Assembly (NCBI GenBank): GCA_004322465.1 | Contig: SCVO01000083.1 | Span: 6,983 to 70,982, forward strand | From: Candidatus Nitrosotenuis sp. | Lineage (GTDB): Archaea; Thermoproteota; Nitrososphaeria; Nitrososphaerales; Nitrosopumilaceae | Direction: 5' to 3' | Length of the DNA: 64,000 bases | Shown: positions 1-8,467 of the stretch, in pieces | How positions within the stretch are numbered: position 1 is the stretch's first letter | How the letters are laid out: each line of letters opens with the position of its first letter | Notes under the pieces: generated by a model | The model's input: the letters and a program-made list of their open reading frames with translations, nothing else | Database searches by the model: none | Told to the model about the DNA's origin: nothing | Position numbers and translations under genes: made by a program

Positions 1-1099
1 GATTTAGTCTATTTACTTCATTATAGCATTTGTCGGCTTCTCCTAAATAACCAAGGCGATTTAATATGTGACCTAAACGAACCCAGACTTGATAATCATC
101 AGGGCATAATTTGTTTATCTCATTGTAACATTCTTTGGCTTCTTCATATCGGTTGATTCCTAAATGCGCTATTGAGCGACCGATTTCATATGAGATCATA
201 GTGCCACTATTAAACATACCAGGAGGACGATTCCTCATTAAATTTGGCAGTGGTTCTAACTTGAGCGATTCATCAATGCATTGAATGGATTCACCAAGTT
301 TGCCTAGTTTTCTTAATGTGCGGCCTTTATGAGTCCATGCCGTAGTATCTTTAGGATTTAATTTTATTATCTTATCAAAACATTTTTCGGCTTCTTCATA
401 TTTTCCAAGATTGTATTGTATACTACCTTTGGTAAACTCAGCTAAAAAATTATTTGGTTCTAATTTGAGTGATTCCTCAACACAAAACATCGCCTCGTCA
501 TATTTTTGAAGATTAATTAAAATAACCGCTCTGTCAGCCCATTTCTTGGCATCTTTAGGATTTAATTTTATAATCTTATCGTAGCACTTTTTGGCTTCTT
601 CGTGTTTTCCAATATTGGACGATACAAAGGCTTTGCACTCTAATGCATCAATACTGTTTGGATTAATTACTAATGCTTTGTCAAATGCTGAAATGGCTTC
701 ATCAAATTTCCTATGCCGTAATTCCACACAACCTTTGGTAAACTCAGCTAAAAAATTATTTGGTTCTAACTTGAGTGATTCATCAACACAAAACATCGCC
801 TCGTCATATCTGGGAAAATCAAGTTTAAGTAAAATGCTAGCTCTGTTAGCCCATGCCCCTGCATCATTAGGTGTTAATCGGGTTAACTTATCGTAACACT
901 TGATGGATTCGTCATATTTACCAAGATTAGAAAGTGCTTTAGCTTTGTGGTTTAATGCATCAGAATGGTTTGGTTCTATTGATAGTGCTTTTGTGTAACA
1001 TGCAACAGCTTCTTCATACTTTGCTAGTCGTTCTAGTTCCTTACCTTTGTCAAACCACGCCTTAGAATCATCATTCTTGAACCTATCAAAAATGCCCAA
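1..1099 (-). CDS. TPR-repeat protein (runs off the left edge; absent from ORF track)
   Basis: Manual translation from TTG at 1099: MGIFDRFKNDDSKAWFDKGKELERLAKYEEAVACYTKALSIEPNHSDALNHKAKALSNLGKYDESIKCYDK...; repeated 34-aa TPR units, no stop before position 1. Confidence 0.9.
   Translation of the reverse strand, partial: MGIFDRFKNDDSKAWFDKGKELERLAKYEEAVACYTKALSIEPNHSDALNHKAKALSNLGKYDESIKCYDKLTRLTPNDAGAWANRASILLKLDFPRYDEAMFCVDESLKLEPNNFLAEFTKGCVELRHRKFDEAISAFDKALVINPNSIDALECKAFVSSNIGKHEEAKKCYDKIIKLNPKDAKKWADRAVILINLQKYDEAMFCVEESLKLEPNNFLAEFTKGSIQYNLGKYEEAEKCFDKIIKLNPKDTTAWTHKGRTLRKLGKLGESIQCIDESLKLEPLPNLMRNRPPGMFNSGTMISYEIGRSIAHLGINRYEEAKECYNEINKLCPDDYQVWVRLGHILNRLGYLGEADKCYNEVNRLN
426..809. 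repeat. Near-identical ~78-bp internal duplication in TPR gene (426-503 and 732-809)
   Basis: CCTTTGGTAAACTCAGCTAAAAAATTATTTGGTTCTAA..TGAGTGATT..TCAACACAAAACATCGCCTCGTCATAT twice, offset 306 bp = 3 x 34 aa. Confidence 0.9.
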
Positions 1100-1573
1100 T
1101 GGAGTATAGTATTAGTCCTTTGTTAAATCAATTTCTTAACTGAGCCCCCCTCAAATTTCTGAGTAAAAAAAAAGTACGGACATAATTAAAGCCGGATTTT
1201 CGTGCAAAATCACCAACTATTATCCCTCACATAATACGCTGGCAGTCAAATTTGAACCAAAATCCTTAACCCTGTCTTCGTGGAAGTTATTTGTTACCAG
1301 GTACGAATCCTATCAGACTAGAGTTGTTGTGAGAGTTATTTTCAGACTTGGTTCGAATCTATCTGGATTCGAACTCAATGACAAATGAGTTCATTGATTA
1401 TAAATAAAAAAGGAGCGCCCCCTAACGTGCGTAAAAACTTCGCCATAACCACAGTAATTACGTGAGTAGGATTTATTGGAGAGTAAATGATGTATTCAAG
1501 TTATAAAAAATTCACACGGAAGTAGTTTTGTTCTAGTTCTGATTGTTTTATCCAAATCATAAAATCATATCCA

Positions 1574-1846
1574 ATGCTACTTGAAATCATGATGATTTGC
1601 AGTCTTACTCAGACAGCACCATTTTACGACTGCTCAGAACAGTGGCAAATCCAAGTCTATAATCAGCCAGTAACATGCGATGTAGGTACACAAATTCTTG
1701 CCGCAGGATGCACTAATTTTGAATCAAAGACTATCAAGATTTACGATTATGCGATGAATAATTATGGAAAAGACCCTGAAGATGGATTCACCGTACTAGA
1801 ACATGAACTAGAACATCTCAAATGCATGTGTAATTTTCACTCATAA
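1574..1846 (+). CDS. Small putative exported protein with HExxH zincin-like motif
   Basis: Hydrophobic N-terminus, HELEH near C-terminus, 6 Cys. Confidence 0.55.
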   Translation: MLLEIMMICSLTQTAPFYDCSEQWQIQVYNQPVTCDVGTQILAAGCTNFESKTIKIYDYAMNNYGKDPEDGFTVLEHELEHLKCMCNFHS

Positions 1847-1847
1847 C

Positions 1848-2993
1848 CTATCTGAGTGTGGCTAGCTGAATCGTGTTGGTACAATCAACACTGCATGTTG
1901 TCAATCTTGGATGTATGTCGGAACCTTCAAAAACGGCGTAAATATCAGCTACAGAATCAATATCCATGTTTTTCACAGTCCACGATATGTTGAATCTGCC
2001 GGAAGAATCCACAATGCCGCCAGCCATAAAATCATCAGCGCCAAACGGATCCTCATCTTTGATGTATATTGTAGCACCTTCTGGATTTGCGTCCAAAAGA
2101 TGCAATCGACCAGAAAAGACAATCACATCACCAATTTTGGCAGTTGATGGTAGAGGATCCAAGGCGATAAAAGATGGCTGTTTTTGTGTAGGTTTGACAG
2201 TTTCAACTTTAGCTTGTTCAGATATTTTTTGAATACTTTGGATTTTTGGAACAGTTGGCTGAGGTTTCACTGCTTCTTTCTCAAAATCCAAAATTTTTGC
2301 AGTTTCTTTTTGTATGGGTTTTGTCTGCGTAGTTAATTGGATTTTTTTTGCTTCTTTTTGTGGATCTAGTTTTTTTGCAGCCTCTAGTTTTGGTGTGGTG
2401 TTTTTCTTATAATCCACATTGACTAGCTGTTGCTTTTTCTGTGGATATTGAACTTTTACATATTGTCCAACCTTGTAGAATCCATCCCCCACGTTGTTTT
2501 CTATTGTAGAATCATCAGGCATCACAAGGGATACTAAAAAGCCATATTCCAGAATCAGTTTTGTTTTTACGGTAGTGCCGCCGTTGGGAGTTCCGTCAAA
2601 TCCATATCTCTCTTTTAACGTTGTTACTATCTTGGAGCCTTTCAACTCACCAGAAACAATATCGACTGTAAAAGATCCATCAGATGATATGGTGGACTTG
2701 ACATCTGCCTCTCGAGTTATACCGGACGCTCCAACTATGAACTTTGCCTGATTTTTGTTGGTTGGGTCTAACTTGATGTCATTTATAAGATCTGGAAAAA
2801 TTTTCTTGTAGATTGTAAGGTCTGTTAGAGTTTTTGACATGAGATCTTTTCTGACATCCACATCTTTTGTGACTTCAATGGTTTTTGTTGCATAAACTGG
2901 TGTAATTATCACACTTGCAAGTAATACTGCCGATATGGTAAATACAATAATCCAGATACTCCCTATCGTGATACATTGAAAAAAGTAATTCAC
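1848..2993 (-). CDS. Membrane-anchored protein, SRPBCC/START-like N domain, Lys/Gln/Pro linker, Ig-like C domain
   Basis: N-terminal TM helix; beta-rich GRFNISWTV...IYAVFEG C-terminus. Confidence 0.55.
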   Translation of the reverse strand: MNYFFQCITIGSIWIIVFTISAVLLASVIITPVYATKTIEVTKDVDVRKDLMSKTLTDLTIYKKIFPDLINDIKLDPTNKNQAKFIVGASGITREADVKSTISSDGSFTVDIVSGELKGSKIVTTLKERYGFDGTPNGGTTVKTKLILEYGFLVSLVMPDDSTIENNVGDGFYKVGQYVKVQYPQKKQQLVNVDYKKNTTPKLEAAKKLDPQKEAKKIQLTTQTKPIQKETAKILDFEKEAVKPQPTVPKIQSIQKISEQAKVETVKPTQKQPSFIALDPLPSTAKIGDVIVFSGRLHLLDANPEGATIYIKDEDPFGADDFMAGGIVDSSGRFNISWTVKNMDIDSVADIYAVFEGSDIHPRLTTCSVDCTNTIQLATLR

Positions 2994-3221
2994 AGTAATA
3001 ATCTAATCTATAAAATCCCTAGTTACCATCGATATAATTTAATGAAATAGGCAGAGAATCAATCATCTTTCCATCAGTGATACTTTTCAAATCCTCAAAC
3101 CCCATTCGCTTTCTGTCCACACTCAGATTCACTTAGATAGTATGTGTTGCGGATCCAAATAGACTCGCTCACTTATCCAATCTTAAATCATTTGATTCTA
3201 ATTGTAAACAGGTGTAAACAA

Positions 3222-3425
3222 ATGTCTAGAACGATATCTGCCCGCATACCTACAGAACTTCATGAGGAATTAAGAGAACGTTGTAATTTGTTAGGAGAAT
3301 CGATTAATGATTTTGTTAAAGCTGCACTTGAGTTTGCAATTAATGGTTCTGTTGACTTCGACTTTGGTGATGAATTGATGGATGAATTAGAGGAAAAGAG
3401 GAAGAGATTGGAAAAAGACAAGTAA
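3222..3425 (+). CDS. Ribbon-helix-helix (CopG-like) DNA-binding protein
   Basis: MSRTISARIPTELHEELRERCNLLGESINDFVKAALE; start moved to ATG 3222. Confidence 0.7.
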   Translation: MSRTISARIPTELHEELRERCNLLGESINDFVKAALEFAINGSVDFDFGDELMDELEEKRKRLEKDK

Positions 3426-3636
3426 ACAAACTAAAAAACATTTCATCACGCTACAAACTATTATCTATTACTATTTTGGGCTCTGTTACCTCTATGGGAC
3501 ACGGTTATTCGTGTTACCCATCGGGACATGAGGTCAACGTGAAGATACTTCCCTAATTTGTCGGGGGATTGGCATTGAAAATTCCTCATGCTAAGATTCG
3601 TGGTTTATAATAAAATTAATCAACTAACATTGTATC

Positions 3637-4092
3637 ATGTTTCCATTGGTAGAAAATAGCATAATTGCTATAATCGGTGCTTTGACTGGAACTGTCAGTC
3701 TAGGCATTATCATCTATAAAACATGGCGAGAGAAGCCTCGTATTATAATTGCAATTGAAAATACATATTGGTATATTCACACTCCGTCCGATCCGACCTT
3801 CAATATGATTACCATTAGAGTTAGAATAGACAATAAAGGCGTTTATGGAACAACTTTTCATTCAATTAATATTTTATTTGATTATGATGGAAAGTTACAT
3901 AACATACCTGTTGATCACGATTTGATTCTTCAGATTTCACCACATAGTAGCATCAAACAATACCTTAGTTTTACTTTAAAAAGGAATGAACTAAAACTGG
4001 AAAATAATATTACAAATGTAAAATTGATAATGAATTATACTCATGGACAGAAACAAGTTGATATTCCAGTTATCGAAGAATTAAAACGTTAG
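3637..4092 (+). CDS. Hypothetical membrane-anchored protein
   Basis: 151-aa ORF, N-terminal TM helix, beta-rich remainder. Confidence 0.6.
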   Translation: MFPLVENSIIAIIGALTGTVSLGIIIYKTWREKPRIIIAIENTYWYIHTPSDPTFNMITIRVRIDNKGVYGTTFHSINILFDYDGKLHNIPVDHDLILQISPHSSIKQYLSFTLKRNELKLENNITNVKLIMNYTHGQKQVDIPVIEELKR

Positions 4093-4189
4093 AACCCACA
4101 AGTTCTGTTACCTGTCGGTTGATAAAGGGTTTTGTTAATTTAATGGTTGATAAAATAGTTCTTTTAAACAAGGTTTCTATTCTTTATTC

Positions 4190-4786
4190 ATGGTAGATCC
4201 AATTCAAATTATCAATAATACGGGTACGGTGAACATAGGACAATCTCATGTGGATTGGTTAATCTTGACAGCTCCACTTGTAGCGGCTGTAATTGGTTTC
4301 TTTACAATTTGGTATTCACGAAAACAACACAATCGAAATGCCATGATTGATATTTTTGAAATGTTAAATGAAGATAATCATAAAGGTAATCATAAAGCCG
4401 CACAAGAAATACTGTTTACCGCACATAAAGAAAATAGATTGTATGATTCTGGGGGTTTTATTATAGATGGTTACAAACCCACAGTTAACATAATCTCAAG
4501 AAACTATGATGAAATTGGTTTGTTAGCAAATAGAAAACTAATTCCAAGAAAGGATTTTTTCTATATGTATGGGAAACTTGTAGTTGTATCACATTTCATT
4601 CTTTTCTATGCGATAAATCATAAACGATTGCATGGTGAACCCGATTACATGACAAATTTTACAAAATTGGCTATTCATTGTTATTATTATTGGAAAGATG
4701 AGAGAAGATTACCGAGAGATCCAAGAACAAACAAAGAAATCGAAAAAAGTGTTATAAAAGAATGGGAAAAAAGTTTACCCAAATAA
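4190..4786 (+). CDS. Membrane-anchored hypothetical protein (DUF4760-like)
   Basis: TM helix then NYDEIGLLANRKLIP motif resembling DUF4760. Confidence 0.5.
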   Translation: MVDPIQIINNTGTVNIGQSHVDWLILTAPLVAAVIGFFTIWYSRKQHNRNAMIDIFEMLNEDNHKGNHKAAQEILFTAHKENRLYDSGGFIIDGYKPTVNIISRNYDEIGLLANRKLIPRKDFFYMYGKLVVVSHFILFYAINHKRLHGEPDYMTNFTKLAIHCYYYWKDERRLPRDPRTNKEIEKSVIKEWEKSLPK

Positions 4787-4922
4787 TTTATTGCTTACTT
4801 GCGTTTTGAATTAAAGTTAACCACTTGTTTTGTCCTTCAATCTTAATTCCTGCCTTGTCTGCTGGCGTTTCACCGTTCAAAGCCATGTGAGGTCTAACAT
4901 ATTGTGGTAAATCTGATAACAA

Positions 4923-6218
4923 TTAATCCTTTGAAAATACTTTGGAGCCTTTCTTTGACCATTCTATAAGAGATTGCCAATCTTCAAAAACAGAAGAAGA
5001 TTTGCAAAACTCTTTCAAACTATGAATTTGTTCTTCAGTATGATGATGTGTCGGATTTTCAAGTTCGTTTCTAATGTTGTTTTTCACTCGTTGTTCTGCT
5101 AATAGGGCTCCAAGAATATTTACTCCTTCTTTGAGATGAGTCATTTGTGCCTGATTTCTTTCAAGTTCGGAGATTATCTCGTCTTGGTTTCTTATCTTTA
5201 ATTGTTGACGATGCTCAGACGATATTGTAACCTCTGGAATTGCCTTTAGGTAATCTACCAATAACTCATTTTCATTAGGCCTGTAATAGCTGTCAGATAT
5301 GCCAGTTGAATGACCCATCAAAACTTCAACGTTGATTGGTTTCATGACTTGTTCGGTGTGGGTTTTGAAGAACTTTCTAAATCCATGATCAGCTTGAAAC
5401 TCGTATCTTTTCTGGCCAGTAGGAAGAGTTTTTCTGATTCCCTGAGCCTTGAGTGCCCGCTCAATCAGGCGTTTGACACCTGATGCTTTTAGTTTTTTTG
5501 AAGCAGTCACCATTCCACGTGCAAACTTTTCAATATTCCACAAATCGCGCATAAGCCAAGAGTCATCAGTGATTGTTTCTCCAGATTCGGATCTAAAGTC
5601 AATCCATTTTTTCAATTCAGAATACGCTTCTGGTGAAATGAATGAGAAGTATTGTTCAGAATCACCAGAATAAACCACAATTTTTGCAGCTATGATTTTG
5701 TCATTCTGTTGTATCGGTGTTATGTCTTTCCATTTCAGATAATCCCATGCACCAAGTCTTATTCCGCTAGAGCACATTGTAAAGACGATTGCTCGGATTC
5801 TACGGTCAGGATATTCTACTAGTTTTTGAATTTCGTCTATTGTTGGGGCTCGGTCAGACGCATACCTTCGTCCCCGTGGTAATCCACGGGTTATTTTTTT
5901 CCATTGCAACGTAACATCATTCATTTCCAAAAAGAGTTTTAGTGGTTTGTAGTAGTTACGGACTGTTGCGTCAGAGATTTCGCCCCGTTCTGCCCTCTCC
6001 TTATGATAATTGAGATAGTTCATGGTTTTGGCAGTTAACCATGTAAGGCCATGCTCTTTGATTTGCAAAATGAGCGTTTTTGCTTGATCTTCCGTACTGC
6101 CTTGTAATTCCAGAAAATCAAAGAAATTTTCCAGCCTTTTTTGATACCGTTGTTTGGACACTGGGCTCTTTAGAGCATACAAGAACATTCCCATTGGTTC
6201 GGATTCGCTTATGGTCAT
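4923..6218 (-). CDS. Tyrosine recombinase / integrase 1
   Basis: SSGIRLG (R), DHGFRKFF (HxxR), LMGHS (H), DSYY (Y). Confidence 0.92.
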   Translation of the reverse strand: MTISESEPMGMFLYALKSPVSKQRYQKRLENFFDFLELQGSTEDQAKTLILQIKEHGLTWLTAKTMNYLNYHKERAERGEISDATVRNYYKPLKLFLEMNDVTLQWKKITRGLPRGRRYASDRAPTIDEIQKLVEYPDRRIRAIVFTMCSSGIRLGAWDYLKWKDITPIQQNDKIIAAKIVVYSGDSEQYFSFISPEAYSELKKWIDFRSESGETITDDSWLMRDLWNIEKFARGMVTASKKLKASGVKRLIERALKAQGIRKTLPTGQKRYEFQADHGFRKFFKTHTEQVMKPINVEVLMGHSTGISDSYYRPNENELLVDYLKAIPEVTISSEHRQQLKIRNQDEIISELERNQAQMTHLKEGVNILGALLAEQRVKNNIRNELENPTHHHTEEQIHSLKEFCKSSSVFEDWQSLIEWSKKGSKVFSKD

Positions 6219-6287
6219 TTTTTACTCCTATTACGTAGGAATCCAATTTAAGAACCACTAAAGAAACGGGCCCGAAGGTTTTCCTAC

Positions 6288-6410
6288 TCACTGTGTACTG
6301 GAGTCACTTAGTTTTTCCAGAACGACTTTGCTGTTAGGTAGTACACCGATGAACTTCCATCCATCCGATATCAGATTTTCCGCTTCCTCGCTTGTTGCCA
6401 CTCTCTGAAT
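6288..6410 (-). other. Out-of-frame 40-aa tail directly after integrase 2 (IQRVATSEEAENLISDGWKFIGVLPNSKVVLEK...)
   Basis: Open -1 frame overlapping the integrase stop; resembles from memory the QxV...E.E.L...GWxFxxxLPNxK C-terminal tail of related archaeal integrases. Confidence 0.45.
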
Positions 6411-7600
6411 TAGGAATTGCAGACTCCCAACAAGCTGAGAATCTCTTGCACCCTTTCAGGTGTGGCTTTTTCTATTTCATTGCGAAGTTGTTCTTTCTGT
6501 TTTAACAGCGGATCTTCTTCTCTCAGCTCGAGGTCTAGGAATTCTTCACATCTCTTGAATGCATCATTCATCTCGTTGATGAGTGCTTCCGGAAGAAGTC
6601 CTTTGTTCGTTGTGTACTTTCCCTCAATTCCGCCTTTGTGCCCCATCCAGAACACTCTGAAGTCGCGGGCGACCCTACCCCTAGACTCTGCGATAAGCAG
6701 TTGGGTGTCAAAGAAGGCCCTGAAGACATATGGTCTCCACTGGAATCTAGGTCGCATGGTTTTTCGAATCCTGTCGAGTATTCTTGCTGTAGGCAGGAAT
6801 TTCTTTCCGCTGTTTCTTCCACGGTATGTTCTGTAAATTGAGTCTGGTGCTATCACAGGCGAGTCAGAACCCAACGCTTCACCCCTAGCCAATCTATCGT
6901 TGAGATACGCAAGGAGTTTTTTTGTTCCGCTGTTTGTGAGCAGCGTAAAGTATTGGTGCTTTGTCTTCGAAAGTGTCTTTCGTACCACAATCCTTGTCGG
7001 AGTGCGAAGGCATCTTGCAGTTCCCTGCTGTATGACTATGTCGGGAAGATCCCTCATTGTCAGACCATCAGTGCCGTTGTAGTTTCCCAGAACTTCGGGT
7101 CTCAATCCAGCCTTGGCAATAAGAGATATCGCCGTTCCAGTGCGAAGATCAGCCCTGTTGAGTATCTCTGACATTTCAGCTCCGTCAGGAACCCTTTCAT
7201 TTTCGAGGGTTGGCGTACTGTCGGCGTTGGCGATTTTCATCTTTCTTTTCACTTCTACATCGAAGTGTCTCAACCACGACTTGACGCACGTCATGACGGC
7301 CTTGATGTACTGTGGTGCCTTTCCGTCCTCTTCCATTCTGGTTATGTGGTCCTGTAACATATCCGAGATTGTCCTGACGTCCTTCATTCCTAGATGAATA
7401 AGTTCCATCGGAGTCATGCTGTAGATTTCACAGAAGTTTCCGAGTTTACGTAGTCTTGTTTCAGCAGTGTTGACGCTCGACCTTGCTGTGTTGTCATACC
7501 ATCTCTTCACGTCAGGATTTCGAAGGAGTCGTTCTTTCTTTGATGTTTTTTGTTTTTTGGCAGTGTTGTTTGTTAGTGTGTATGTCGTATTTTTTCCCAT
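6410..7600 (-). CDS. Tyrosine recombinase / integrase 2
   Basis: AGLRPEV (R), PYVFRAFF (YxxR), WMGHKG (H), GKYT (Y); start at 7600 follows RBS AGGAGGGG (ORF track extends to 7723). Confidence 0.9.
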   Translation of the reverse strand: MGKNTTYTLTNNTAKKQKTSKKERLLRNPDVKRWYDNTARSSVNTAETRLRKLGNFCEIYSMTPMELIHLGMKDVRTISDMLQDHITRMEEDGKAPQYIKAVMTCVKSWLRHFDVEVKRKMKIANADSTPTLENERVPDGAEMSEILNRADLRTGTAISLIAKAGLRPEVLGNYNGTDGLTMRDLPDIVIQQGTARCLRTPTRIVVRKTLSKTKHQYFTLLTNSGTKKLLAYLNDRLARGEALGSDSPVIAPDSIYRTYRGRNSGKKFLPTARILDRIRKTMRPRFQWRPYVFRAFFDTQLLIAESRGRVARDFRVFWMGHKGGIEGKYTTNKGLLPEALINEMNDAFKRCEEFLDLELREEDPLLKQKEQLRNEIEKATPERVQEILSLLGVCNS

Positions 7601-7719
7601 ATCAGTCCCCTCCTTTGTGGGGACCTCATCAGAAAGATAGACACTGCTTTCCGTATTTAGCTTTTCTTGGTGTGTACAGTTGACCAAATCATTGCTGTTA
7701 TCAGATAGAAAAGGATCTA

Positions 7720-8466
7720 TCAAAGTTCACCATCACCACCATCGTAAAGACTGTCCTTGCGTTTTCTTTGAGTCAGGTCATCAAAACTAGGTTCAAGTCG
7801 GTACTGATCCATAATCCTGTCTGCTGCCAGAGTCTCAGAGGGCGTTCCAGAACCTGAAAACAACTCGTCCGCCTTCTTCATCTCATCTGCCAGGTGCTCA
7901 AACTCAGGCATGCTTTCTCTTACTTCTAGGGCTTCGCTTTTCAGCTCATTCATCCGGTTTCTGATCTTGTCAACCTGTTCAAGGATGTCAGAGTGCCACG
8001 GTTGGGCTGGCTCATCTAGGAATTCTTTTGTAAATTCCAGTGCGGTGGTTTTGTCTTCGGAATTACTTGTAACCTCAAACGAGCGTTGGGCGACGCGGTC
8101 AGCCAGTTCGCTTGCCATCTCATATTTTTCTGCTGGAATCTCTTCGCCGTTCTTGAGATTCTTGAGTTTCTCCATTGCATCGTGAAGTATCTTGTCTGAG
8201 AACTCGTCCACCTCTTTTTGTGAGAATCTTGTCTCGTGTTGGATTTTTGGCACATTTACCTTGTAGGCGTTTGTGTCGGATCCAAAGTTTCCAGACATGC
8301 TGACTTCGTGCTTTTCGAGTTTGTTTCTTATCTTTCTGTCATACTCACTCATTGGAGGCGATGTGTGTCGGTATGCTGCTAGAGGATCCTTCTGTGAAAT
8401 GTGTCCTGACTTGTATCCACCATATCCACCGCCAAACCCCTTGGAGTTTTTCTTTCGGTAGGACAA
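7720..8466 (-). CDS. Hypothetical acidic helical protein, last gene of E2/JAB-E1 operon
   Basis: 248-aa ORF 1 nt after ATPase stop; Gly-rich N-terminus, ends LYDGGDGEL. Confidence 0.75.
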   Translation of the reverse strand: MSYRKKNSKGFGGGYGGYKSGHISQKDPLAAYRHTSPPMSEYDRKIRNKLEKHEVSMSGNFGSDTNAYKVNVPKIQHETRFSQKEVDEFSDKILHDAMEKLKNLKNGEEIPAEKYEMASELADRVAQRSFEVTSNSEDKTTALEFTKEFLDEPAQPWHSDILEQVDKIRNRMNELKSEALEVRESMPEFEHLADEMKKADELFSGSGTPSETLAADRIMDQYRLEPSFDDLTQRKRKDSLYDGGDGEL

Positions 8467-8467
8467 C

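Noticed and set aside
591-896. ORF-track 101-aa plus-strand ORF
   Set aside because: Antisense shadow of the TPR gene
1350-1374. GGTTCGAATC resembling a tRNA T-loop
   Set aside because: No acceptor, D or anticodon stems could be formed around it on either strand
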